Shown: positions 12,309-23,796 of the stretch, in pieces
How positions within the stretch are numbered: position 1 is the stretch's first letter
Layout: each line of letters starts with the position of its first letter
Origin: Ruditapes philippinarum
Lineage: Eukaryota
Length of the DNA: 64,000 nucleotides
Assembly: GCF_026571515.1 (NCBI RefSeq)
Contig: NW_026864865.1
Coordinates: 62,001 to 126,000, forward strand
Reading direction: 5' to 3'
Notes under the pieces: generated by a model
Told to the model about the DNA's origin: nothing
Databases searched by the model: none
The model's input: the letters and a program-made list of their open reading frames with translations, nothing else
Made by a program: the position numbers and the translations under genes

Positions 12309-14877
12309 ATGGGTAATAAAAGAAATCAGAAAGGGAAAAGACAAGTTTTTAATAAGGCCACTGGAATTCATAGTTTGAAATATAGAAGGAAAATTGTCAT
12401 TAAAGATGAAAAATTGAGAAGAAAATTTAGGAATATTAAACATGTGGACCCATTCTATATTAGGCAGAAAAAACAAGGTTTGAAATTTACACTTAGTAAA
12501 ATTATTATTCAGAGAGCTAGAAAATTCAAATGTTTGCTCGATAAAGAAAAAGAAAGACTGTATATAACATCATTGAAAGATAATTTAGAAGGTAGTAGAA
12601 TCATTAACATGCATAAACTTAAAAATCACATTTTAGAAATAACTTCACATGCCGCTCTATGCACTGAAGCTCACATGAAAGCCCTTTCAAATGACAATGT
12701 TATTGTCCTGGAAAGTGAGAAAAGGAACGGTTTTTATACCATCATCACCTGTAAATGCCAAGGATGTGGTAAGACATTTGAACTGGAAAATAGTGATAAG
12801 TTTGGATATACAAATATGGTTGATATCAATGTTCGTTCAGTTTGGGGTAGCATGGTAACAGGAGGAGGTTGCTCTTCGCTCAATGAGTGTTTTGGAAGTA
12901 TAGGAATTCCAGGCATTACTGAAAAAAAGTACTCTTCAATTGAGAATGAGATTGGACATATGTGGAAGTCCCTTCTTGATGAAGAACTTGTGAAAGCAGG
13001 TCAGGAAGAGCGTGCATTGGCAGAGGAAAATGACGAATATTTTCAAGGTATTCCAGCAATAACTGTTATATGTGATGGAGGCTGGAGTAATCGAAGTCAC
13101 AAACATAGCTACAATGCCATGGCTGGAGTTGCTGTCGTTTTCGGGGCTAGAACAAAGAAACTTCTGCATGTAGGTATCAGAAATAAAATTTGTTACATAT
13201 GTAGCCGTGCTGAGACTGTAAATGAACCATGCCACTAAATGCCTTAGATCTAATTTAGAACGTTTAATATCTGAAAAGCCACATTATAAAGGAAAAGGTA
13301 AACTCATGAGAAATAACATTAGAAGAATTTGTTCTGGAGTAAGATGCGCTATTGTAATGCGAAGTTCTGAACCCAATAAAATGACAGCAATTAAAAAACT
13401 TAAACAGGATATACGGAATGCCGGGAGACATGTCCTTGGCTTACATGATTTATGTTCCACAGATTTTTGTAAAAATAAGGAGAAAGATACAGACATAACA
13501 AAATCAAATGATAATAAAATGGAAAATAGCAATAATGATGAAGAAGATATCATAATAAGCCAATGCGAGTACTGGACTGATTCTGTAAAAAAATATTCTG
13601 AAAGTGAAATTGAAATGTTAAGAAAGGGCGGTAAGACAATATCACCGAAAAATTTTAATATTGAAGAGTTGTTAAGAGACATTTTTCTATTTCTGAATCG
13701 TCTATCTGAAAAGGCAAACCGTTTGATTGGTAACTTTACAAGTAATTTAGCCGAGTCCTGGATGAGCATTAAATGTAAATTTGAAGGGGGTAAAATGTTC
13801 AATAAATGCTTCCGTGGTTCATTTTACGCAAGATGTTATGGTGGAGCGTTGAGGTCTTTGCTAGGTCCAGCATGGTCACCACAAGTTTACAATCAACTTA
13901 CAGGTAAACGCCCTGACAGAGTTTTTATTAACACTTATAGACAAAGGTTTGTACGCTACAGATGTACCAAACGTGCCAAAGGTAGTGAAATAAACAGGAA
14001 CAAAAGGAAATTGAAGAAAATGAAAGCATCTGTTGAAAGCAGCAGTAAGAAAGCAAGAAAAGAATATGGCGAAACTGTGCTGCAAGATACAGCTGATATC
14101 AGTCCATCACAATTAAAAAAGGAATGTGATACGTTTTATAAATCAACAATATCTACATGCAATAGTAAATTAATTGAACAGCATACACGTGGTCAGTCAA
14201 GTAATATTAACTGGTTTGCTGAAAGAAAGAAAAGACTCACAAGTTCTGTATTTGGAGAAGTGATGTCAAGATCACAAAATAATAACCGTCCCAATTTAGT
14301 GAAAAGGCTTTTGTATTCCAACTTTAAAGGAAACATGTATACTTTGAAAGGGTTAAGTGAAGAGGATAATGCAAGAATTGAATACATTAATTTGAAAGAA
14401 AAAGAAGAAAATCTTAAATACAAAATTGATATTCCGGGTCTAATTGTTGACAAACTGAATCCTTATTTAGCAGCCTCCAGCGATGGTGTCGTAGTTGGAT
14501 CCAAAGGTCCTGAAGGTCTCATTGAAATTAAAACTTTATTACAGAACAAAAAAGCAATGATCAAAGAATCAGCAGAAAATGATAAAGCCTTTTGTTTGTC
14601 AGTGCAGAATGGCATTATTCAACTGAAAAAAAATCATAAATATTTTTATCAAATACAAGGTCAGATGAATATTATGAATTTCAAATGGTGTGATCTAATA
14701 ATTCGAAGAGTAAATCCACATGATATGTTTATTCAGCGCATATACTGTGATACAGAATTATGGAGAAATGTTATGATTCCCAAATTAAAGGCTTTCTATT
14801 TCACCCACATGCTACCTGAATTAGCAGTTCCAAGACATGGTACTCTATCTGGAATAAGAAAACCTGAATTACCATGG
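12309..14877 (+). pseudogene. Kolobok DDE transposase fused to a YqaJ/lambda-exonuclease (PD-(D/E)XK) domain, main exon; internal deletion and frameshift at ~13225-13235
   Basis: CxxC motif (CKCQGC), first Asp in ITVICDGGWSNRSHKHSYNA, RNKICYIC, NHATKC, Glu in TSNLAES; exonuclease motifs TRGQS..W..ER..RLTSS, PYLAASSDG, LIEIK, YFYQIQGQM; donor TGG|GTatgt at 14878. Confidence 0.88.
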
Positions 14878-15058
14878 GTATGTTCCCCATAAATGTAATA
14901 CTCATTTTTTATAATAACAATGTTTTTGTTTTTTTCAGCATATTTACATGTGCTTACATATATATCATCATATATAATAAATTACCATGTATAATAATAA
15001 AAATATATTTATTGTAACTTGTATCTTTTGTGTAATCCTTCATTTTTATATTTTACAG

Positions 15059-15216
15059 TTTTGTGGTACATCCTGCAAGAGATCAGAGAAAAAGAACTGT
15101 AAGAGAATTGAAGGTGACAAATTGGACTAAAAAGACTCACATACTCAGATTAAGACAGACACAGATATTTACATTGCAACCCCATTAATACCAACACCAA
15201 CACAATCAAGTAAAAG
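15059..15216 (+). pseudogene. Kolobok ORF linker exon (one in-frame TAA at 15128)
   Basis: ttttacAG acceptor and AAAG|GTgatt donor; phase 0 to 2 exactly bridges the exonuclease exon and the Tudor exon. Confidence 0.65.
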
Positions 15217-15943
15217 GTGATTTATTTTAATGTATATATAACTATATATAATTAAGATCTTTAAAGAATTCTGTTAAATAGGAAATATTACCAATTTGCA
15301 CTCTTTTAACAGCTGTAAATTTGTTTAGGAAATACCAATATGCAGAAAACATGAAAGTGTTCTTTAAAGGCAGGTGGTCTTAAGTAACAGGTAATTTTGT
15401 TTCTTACATTATGGAAAGGGACAGTTGAAATGTACTTTTTAAGTACAGTTGGTATCTAGCAGTATTAATGTTTAGATTGCTCTGTATACATGTATAAAGA
15501 AGTATTTTTAAATTTTTAATGATGTTTAGAATTTTCAATATACCCTTATTTGAATTTTATAATTTTTGAATGAAGCTGTTATATTAATTTATGTTCATGT
15601 ACTTTTTCACTGTGTACTGTAACACAAATGTTGACAAAATATTGTGCATTACATGCAATCCTTTCCTATCATGATGGTTATAAACATATATTATTGCCTT
15701 TATACACTATAAGCAACTGTAAATTGTTCTCAAATTAACTTTTGTTTACTATTTTTAAACATTAATTTGGCATAACATCCAAATATAATTTGGCATAACA
15801 TCCAAATAAATGAGCAAATTTAACTTGCAACTTTATTTTAAGTTTAAAAATGGCTAAAAATTATAAATATTTATTTCAGATTTTAAGTGCCTTCAACATG
15901 TATTTGAAAAGGATAGTTGATATTTTTTTATACAAATTTGCAG

Positions 15944-16178
15944 ATCAACACGTTTGAGAAAATTAAAATTCCTTGGAAGGAGAATCAACCACCAGTGGAC
16001 AGAATCAGATGGCTCTCTGAATTGGTACAAAGGCACCGTGCTTTCTGTTTCTTCTGGAAAAGACGGAAATCCTGATGCAGTATATGAGGTGCTATATGAA
16101 GGCGAAGACGCGTCATATGAAGTAGATTCTTTGATCAAAGACTATAATGAAGGCACCTTAACTTTCATAGATTTGTAA
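15944..16178 (+). CDS. Kolobok terminal exon encoding a Spindlin/Ssty-like Tudor domain
   Basis: tttgcAG acceptor, phase 2; FLGRRINHQW.E.DG...WYKGTVL...YEVLYEGED..Y...LIKDYNEGTL resembles the Spin/Ssty repeat pattern (G.R(I/V).H.W....W.G.VL...Y.I.YDG....Y...L..DY..GDL). Confidence 0.75.
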
Positions 16179-16730
16179 TGGTATACTTTATTTCTCTTCC
16201 AATTTACATTATACCATGTACTGTATGTTTTTATATTTAAAAATTGATTTTAAAAAATATTTAAATAACATTATGCATAATATCTTTTTAATGTTAACAT
16301 CATATTACAACAGCTTTGAATGTAATTAATCCTATATAATAATTTACAGTTTCTGATTTTATGGTTTTTATGTTTAATTAATTTTGCAAGAAGGTCATGT
16401 TTCAATTCATTTTAATGAATTATTACAAGAAGGAATATTATCCTGCTTATCTTATGGATTATTGCAGTAAATTTTTTTATAAGTAAGCCATGTCCATAAT
16501 AGTACACCATACTTAACCTTGCACTACTTTTGTGTACATGCTATGTAAACATTGGACTTAGATAATGCTGTGTTTACTGGCCTTATTGGAATATAAATTT
16601 TCAATTGATAAATAATTTTTTCAGGTAATGGAGATTCAGTGTCACTAAAATAGATGTTACTTTAAAAGTTTTCATTCATCATATCACATATTTATCATTG
16701 GAAGGAACATTATTTTGACATACAAGTTAC

Positions 16731-17229
16731 TAAGGGTGTAACGGTTTACCGGTATACCGATATATTGCAATATGAAAAAATAAATTTCGAACCGCGGTAC
16801 GATTTTTGGAAAACCGGTATTTTATAAAAATCATCATTTTCAATTAATTGCCTTCTAATTTTGTACAAATTCACATAAAATCTTTAATTGGCAAATTTTG
16901 TTGGCACCAACGTAAGATAAAAGTATCCGACAACTAGTACACTTGAAAGTCAATAAGCGGCCACATAATTTACATAAGCCGCCCAGATGTGAAAGGTCAC
17001 ACGCGACTAGTTTTGTTGATCAAATTGTGTGACACTACTTTCTATTTATTCCTTACATTTTTATTAAGTTTCTACTAAAAATATATACATATAATAATAA
17101 TATATAAATGTTACTCCATCTTTACATCAAAACATATACACGACAATACGTATTGCAATATATTGCAATACGCTTCAGCAAAATGGCAATATATTGCAAT
17201 ACAGTTTTTGCTGTATTGTTACACCCCTA
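16731..17229. mobile_element. hAT-type MITE inserted in the Kolobok 3' region
   Basis: 8-bp TSD CAAGTTAC at 16723-16730 and 17230-17237; TIR TAAGGGTGTAAC / GTTACACCCCTA; subterminal TATTGCAATA repeats. Confidence 0.9.
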
Positions 17230-17446
17230 CAAGTTACATGTGCTGCAAACTGATTCAGGTAAGGCTTTTGCTTTTATTTTATTTTTTTTTTATTTTTAGG
17301 CAATGTAACAGCTTCTTTATAGGAAAAGGATTAATGCCTCAACATTTTCCTTTTGAAATGTACCTCACAATACTTCAGTTGAAAGTTTTAATTTTTGACC
17401 TAAAATTTTCAACAAAACAATATGGCTGCCATTTGATGCACCTTAA

Positions 17447-17956
17447 TTTGGACCCAGCTCATTACATGGTGCAGTTTTCTGCATTCCCAGGATCAACCGT
17501 GTCGAAATTGGATCGAAGCAGCTTGTTGGAAATTGTGAAGGATTTTGAACCTGACATTGTGTTTTTAATGATAGGAACGTGTGACCTTTATCAAACAGGC
17601 AGTTACCCAGAACGTATAGCACAGGACATCTGCACTCTAACGAACAACTGCACAACGTGTACAAAGTGAAATATGTGGTCGTTCTACAAACATTACACAG
17701 AATACCCCCACGTGTTTTTTTTAAATATCCGGTGGACTGCATATCGTTTAACAGTCATGTTGACATATTCAACCATCATTTACATTCCCATTTGCCAAAA
17801 GGGTACTCCAGATTGTTGCGATTAAAAGGCTTTTGGACAGAAACAAGTCAACAGAGGGTATTTGCTGCAGACGGCACACACTTATCTCCCCTAGGGAACA
17901 GAAAACTGTACAACAATGTTAGAGCAGCCATTATCAGTGTAACAAAGGATTTATAA
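17447..17956 (+). pseudogene. Ngaro SGNH hydrolase, C-terminal part (one frameshift at ~17645)
   Basis: PG block II (FPGSTV), PDIVFLMIGTCDL block III, DGTHL block V followed by the G..KLY helix. Confidence 0.88.
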
Positions 17957-18092
17957 ATCAAGATACGTATATATTCCATACACTGCTAGATTTTCACTTT
18001 AAATGTCTTATCTCTTAAGGCTTATATTGTCTTTATCAAATCATTAATCATTAGGATTTGAAACTGTATGGCAATAGCTACATGTACATAGA

Positions 18093-18230
18093 AAATGTTT
18101 ATATTTTCTAGAGGCTTGCATACATGTACTAGCTTAAAATTCCACAAGGAAAGTTTATCATGTAAATGTTTATATTTTCTAGAGGCTTACATACATGTAC
18201 TAGCTTAAAATTCCACAAGGAAATTTTATC
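18093..18230 (+). repeat. Two-copy ~71-bp tandem duplication
   Basis: aaatgtttatattttctagaggctt.catacatgtactagcttaaaattccacaaggaaa.tttatc occurs twice. Confidence 0.9.
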
Positions 18231-18983
18231 TCATGATCCGTATTTTTCAGTTTAAGTATATGCATATTTTATTTCATTTCAGTGCAGTCATACAGCATTT
18301 ATTTATTATATCTTCTGATGTTCTAGATTCCCTCAAGGATTTATTTTACCTTTGGAATCTAATGATCCAGAACTTTTTAGTTAAGCACTATAGTAGGAGT
18401 GTTTTAGACGGACAATATTTCAGTACAGTTTATAAATTTGATGAGCCAGATTTTGCCCTTGGGCTGGTCCGATGTTCCAATATAGTAACAGATTATGCCT
18501 GATGGCGATGATTACATTTACTCTATAGTAACGGAGTATGCCTTATGGCGATGATTAACACTATAATAACAGTGTTGTGGTGCAGTATTTATAACAAGTG
18601 TATATATTTTTTGATGATCCAAATCAATTGATAGGCAATTTTTTCCTAATTCGGTCTGATGTTCTAAAAATGTTCTACTTTCTATTACAGGGTATATGTA
18701 TAATGTACATAACTCAAGAAATATAAAATATAATTATCAAATTTCGGGAACGACAAACATATATTAAAGTTAATATAATAATTTACATTAATTGTCATTG
18801 TTTTTACACAAATATCATATGAATCAATTGATACATCTTTGTAGTGGTACTGCTTTTTACTACTTATCAAATATACTGTATTATACATGAATATTCATAT
18901 AGTATACCTAAAGAGGGTTTTCTTTAATAGTCTTATAAGATATAAATTTGTTCTTTGTTTTAATTTTTTATAAATTTTTGTAG

Positions 18984-20090
18984 GTAAAACGGACCCGGTC
19001 AGGCATGAAGGCTAGTACAGCAGCCTCTGATAGCCAAGCTCAGAAAAGAAAATCAACTAAAATACAGACAAAACTGGGACAGAGAAACTCTTTCTCTACC
19101 AATGTTAAATCGCATTTAAAAACTGGAACTAAAATCGGTACAATTAATAGAAACAGAAGACCACCCCTCCCAGAAAGAAGGCTCAGAGTAAGAACCAATC
19201 AATGCCGGAAGACCCCACGGAAAATGATATCTCAGATGAAGTTGACCAAGAATCCTCAACTTTCTGTGATGGTTCAGATTCAGACATGGATGATGTCACT
19301 TTTAGTCAAATAACGGCAAATCACACAAATAATTTTTTTCAAAATGGTGGGTATGATGGCACTCTTCTAAACACGCCCATTTCTACCCCAATTTCCCCAC
19401 AGATTAACAAAAAATTAAAGAAAAAAATTTGGTCTGACACATACATTGATATGGCAGACCTTCTACCAATGCAAACCTCATCCACCAATACCAATCAATT
19501 TACGCTTCAAATAACGTAAGCCTACCCCCTCTCACAAACCCAGAAAATTTTTCAAAATTGATGATTGGACAACTGCCTTTCTACGATTTGTAGCTGTTTA
19601 TTCGAAAAAATTTCCATATTTAACAGCTGCACTGATGAAATATGCCGAAATAGTCAGGAATATAGCAACCTGTCGACAAGGACTGGCGTGGCAAACTTAT
19701 GACACGCAGTTCCGATTACTGGAATCCCAGATGGGCATGCCTTGGGATACGATGCATTACGAACTTTGGTTAAAAGCATGCACCGATCCACCTCCTTACG
19801 TACATTCAAATCCCCGGCCCTTTCGTTCAGAATTCTCATTAAATAGACACTGGAAAAAACCTAAACCTTCCCAACCCTTGTCAAAGTTTTGGCCAAATAC
19901 ATGCTGGCCTTACAATAGACAAGACTGCAGATCAACTAACTGCACATTACCCCATGTCTGTGGTTTCTGTAAAGGTACCCGTCATGCAAGTCAGTCCCAA
20001 TATCGAAACAGATCGCATGCAGCTCAATCCCTCCTCGGCCAAAACCAAGGGAAACAATCCAATTCACCAAACCACAGTCTGTCAAATATG
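18984..20090 (+). pseudogene. Ngaro gag-like ORF (frameshifted)
   Basis: KKKIWSDTYIDMADLL, DWTTAFLRFVAVY, LMKYAEIVRNIA...W.TYD.QFR...W.....ELW, Cys/His finger CWPYNRQDC...C...HVCGFC...H. Confidence 0.85.
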
Positions 20091-21654
20091 TACAAAAACA
20101 AGCTTCCAACACCCATTAAAATTCGACCCCTCATTTCCTTACAACAGGGTAATAGTGACATGAACTAGATAAAAAATGGTTTCCAAAAGGGGGTTCATTT
20201 AGGTTATATAGGCGATAGGTCAGCATGCGATATTAGAAATTTGAAATCTTGCATGGAATATCCAGAAATTGTAGAAAGAAAACTGGAAGCCGAGAAAAAG
20301 CATCACATAATTGTTGGTCCATTTGAAGTATCTCCCTTCGATAATTTAAAAATTAGCCCAATAGGAGTTGTTGAAAAGAAAACACCAGGTCAATACCGTC
20401 TTATTCATCATTTAAGTTACCCAACAGGTTTCTCAGTAAACGATTTTATAGATCCTTCGTTATCAACAGTAAGTTACACATCATTTGATGATGCAGTCAA
20501 CCTCCTCATTAAGTTGGGCCCTGGTTCCCTGTTCAGTAAAACAGATATTGCAGATGCCTATAGATTAATACCCATTCATCCGGATGATTATAGCTTGTTA
20601 GGCTTCAAATTCAAAGACCAAATTTAATTTGGCAAATGTCTGCCTTTGGGAGCTTCCAGCAGTTGTGCCATTTTCGAACGGTTTAGCTCTAGCCTTGAGT
20701 GGATCGCAAAGAAGAAATTGCTAATTCCACATATAATACACATTTTGGATGACTTTCTCATTATGGGCCCTCAAAAGACAAATACATGTAAGCTCCATTT
20801 AGATAATTTTTTATCCATGTGTAAATCGATTCGGGTACCAATTTAATCTGAAAAGACCCAACAACCATGTAATGTCATTACATTTATGGGCTTAGAATTA
20901 GACTCTGTGCAAATGATGGCCAGACTACCACAAGATAAGCTTATGAAATTAAGACAGTTACTATCAGTTTATATCAATTGTAGGAAAATAACTCTTAAAG
21001 ACATGCAAAGCTTAATTGGTCTTCTAAACTTCTTTTGCTATGTAGTCACACCAGATGTTTTCTTAGAAGATTAATTGATCTCACTAAAAAGGTCATTAAA
21101 CCAAACCATCGCATTACACTTAATGCTGAAAGCCGAAAAGATATTAAAGCTTGGCAAATATTTGTGGAATAATTAATGGAAAAAAATTACTGCTAGATGG
21201 AAAATGGTTGACAGATGAACAATTAAGTTTGTTCACTGATGCATCCGGAAGTTTGGGGTTTGGAGCAATATTTGGCAACATTGGTTCTATAATTTTTGGC
21301 CTGAAAGTCTATCAAATATGGCCATTACCTATAAAGAAATGTTCCCTGTAGTAATAGCCATTGAAGTTTCGGGGGCAAATGTTATGCCATAAATGCCTTG
21401 TTCTTCATTTTGATAATGAAGCTGTTGTATATATTTTAAATAAACAAACTTCCAAAAACCCCTTAGTAATGCATTTAGTTAGACGCTTTGTATTACTTTG
21501 TATGAAATATTATATTCTCATTAAAGCTGTCCATATCAGTGGTAAATTGAATTATCTCTCTGGTCTTTTATCACGTTTACAGATAAACCAGTTCAAAACA
21601 GTGGCACAACAGCACATGGATCCGGATCCCACAGACGTGTCCGATCTCATTTAG
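20090..21654 (+). pseudogene. Ngaro reverse transcriptase / RNase H (stops and frameshifts)
   Basis: LPTPI, GPF..ISPIGVVEKK..YRLIHHLSYP, KTDIADAYR, CLPLGASSS, ILDDFL; RNase H LFTDASG, DNEAVV, HISG..N...LSR. Confidence 0.93.
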
Positions 21655-21669
21655 ACCAAACGGTTCTAG

Positions 21670-22569
21670 ACCTCTTGAATAATTCTTTGTCAATTTCAAC
21701 CAAGCACTCATATGAGCATTCATTAAAACATTTTTTTCACATTTATACAAAGTACCTACCCGGGAAAAGCACCTTTCCCTGTCTCTGAGTATAAAACTGC
21801 TCAATACATAACATACTGTTTCGAAGAAGGTTATCGCTAAATTACTATACGCACTAAAACATTAGCCATTGCTTACTTGCACAAAATCTATAAATATCAC
21901 AATCCTACAGACTCATTTGTCATTTCGAAAATGTTGTATTCAATAAGAACAACCTCTACCCCGTCTGACAGTAGGCTTCCAATAACTATCCCTATTTTGA
22001 AATCAATTATCCAAGCCCTCGACACAATAGTGCCCTCATCATATGACAAGCTCTTGTACAGGGCTATTTTCATAGTTTCTTTCTTTGGCCTCTTAAGGAT
22101 TGGTGAAATGACACTCACACCAACAGGTTCTACTAATGTCATACAAAGTAATAACCTCACTTTCCACAGATCAAAGTCCACCTATAAATACAATAAAGCA
22201 ACGATTTATATGTCAAAGTACAAACATTTTGATGGTAAAACCTCCACAATTCTACTGAAAAAGAATACCTATCTTACCATTTGTCCGGTTAACGCATTAA
22301 AAAGTTACCTAAAGAGAAGGTCAGCTCGGCCTGGTCAATTATTCATATGTAAAAATGGCCGTACATTATTCAGTTCTACTTTTCGCTCATTGTTAAGAAA
22401 CTGTGTTGAACATATAGGTTTGGATCCAATAAAATATACACCTCACTCATTCAGAATAGGTTACGCCACACACGCTTTCAACTGTCAATATACTCAATTA
22501 CAAATCCAGAAATTAGGCCGCTGGAAATCCAATGCTTTCAAAGGATATATTCGCCCTGTCAATTTATAA
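21670..22569 (+). pseudogene. Ngaro tyrosine recombinase (catalytic domain open from 21877; N-terminus disrupted)
   Basis: DSRLPIT, FFGLLRIGE (R), CPV, HSFRIG (HxxR), GRWKS...Y (W, Y). Confidence 0.93.
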
Positions 22570-22644
22570 TACGAAAAAGTTTATGCCATAAAAAAAGCTA
22601 GTGCCATCATACTACCTACAGTGATTGTTTTGTTGTTAGCAATA

Positions 22645-23310
22645 TCCTGACTGGCTAAGGCAGCAGGATATTTAATATTGAATGTTAAGTAATACTGACA
22701 TTGATTACTTGTGTTCACAGTTACCTGACTGGCTGAGGCAGCAGGAAATTTGTACATATGAACTTTTTTCAACATAAAACTTTTACTCTTATAAACTTGT
22801 TCCTGACTGGCTGAGGCAGCAGGAAATCTGTACATATGAACATTTTTCAACATACAACTTTTACTCTTATGAACTTGTTCCTGACTGGCTGAGGCAGCAG
22901 GAAATCTGTACATATGAACGTTTTTCAACTTGCAATTTTTATTCTTGTAAACATGTTCCTGACTGGCTGAGGCTGCAGGAAATCTGTACATATGAACGTT
23001 TTTTCAACTTGCAATTTTTACTCTTTTTAACATGTTCCTGACTGACTTAGGCAGCAGGATATTTGTACGTATGAACAATTTTCACAAATTATATCTATTA
23101 CTCTAATCATTTATATTTCCTGACTGGCTTAGGCAGCAGGATATCTGTACATATATGAAAAGTCTTCCAATGTATCATCCTTTTAACTCTAATTCATAAT
23201 TTTCTGACTGGTTAGGCAGCTATATATCTGTACATATTTATGACAGTTAATATTTTTACATTTAACTGCTTGTTATTCATATTTTCATGACTGGCTTAGG
23301 CAGCAGGATT
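22645..23310. repeat. Nine-copy array of a 24-bp imperfect palindrome (TCCTGACTGGCTNAGGCAGCAGGA) with 54-60-bp AT-rich spacers
   Basis: Core starts at ~22646, 22724, 22802, 22880, 22958, 23037, 23119, 23203, 23286; period 78-84 bp. Confidence 0.93.
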
Positions 23311-23796
23311 TTAGAACATCAAAGTGTTAATTGATACTTTTACATTTTGTTCCTCATACCTTTTAAAATCATTTTTCTAAATAATCTGATCTTAATTGTT
23401 ATACAGGACTAAGTTTGGCAGAAGGCATAATTGTTAAAATATAGTTTATAAACAACAAGCATTTTATACAAATTTTATGTAAGTAAGACTACAATTTTAC
23501 TAAGTGTATATCTAAGATCAGAACAAATTATGTTTGACTCCGACAGCTAAAGCTACAAGATTATATATATTTCATGTTACATTCACTGACTAGCCTAACT
23601 AACAGTTGGCTGTTAATATTTGAGTTATACAACATATTAAAGTTAATTTGTCTCATGTTTCTTAAATCTAATATGGCCAATTTATTTTTATTACTTTGTC
23701 AATTTTATTAACAATGTTTACATTATGTATATACTACTACCAAAAACACAATTTTGTCTGGCAGATATGGGTTAATTTATTAACAACCCATTTATG

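Larger units (their letters stand above)
10814..17442 (+). mobile_element. Kolobok-superfamily DNA transposon (KolobokE-like: DDE plus lambda-exonuclease), 6629 bp
   Basis: TTAA TSD at 10810-10813 and 17443-17446; termini GG..CC; TIR GGTACATCAAA / TTTGATGCACC (10 of 11 match); excision restores the SGNH reading frame. Confidence 0.88.

Noticed and set aside
12159-14453. Several minus-strand ORFs over the transposase
   Set aside because: Antisense shadows of the coding strand with no motifs
22581-23310. 136-aa repeat ORF (MYRFPAASASQE..) and a true CRISPR interpretation
   Set aside because: The ORF results from a 78-bp period and breaks when the period changes; spacers are mutually homologous, the context is eukaryotic and there are no cas genes
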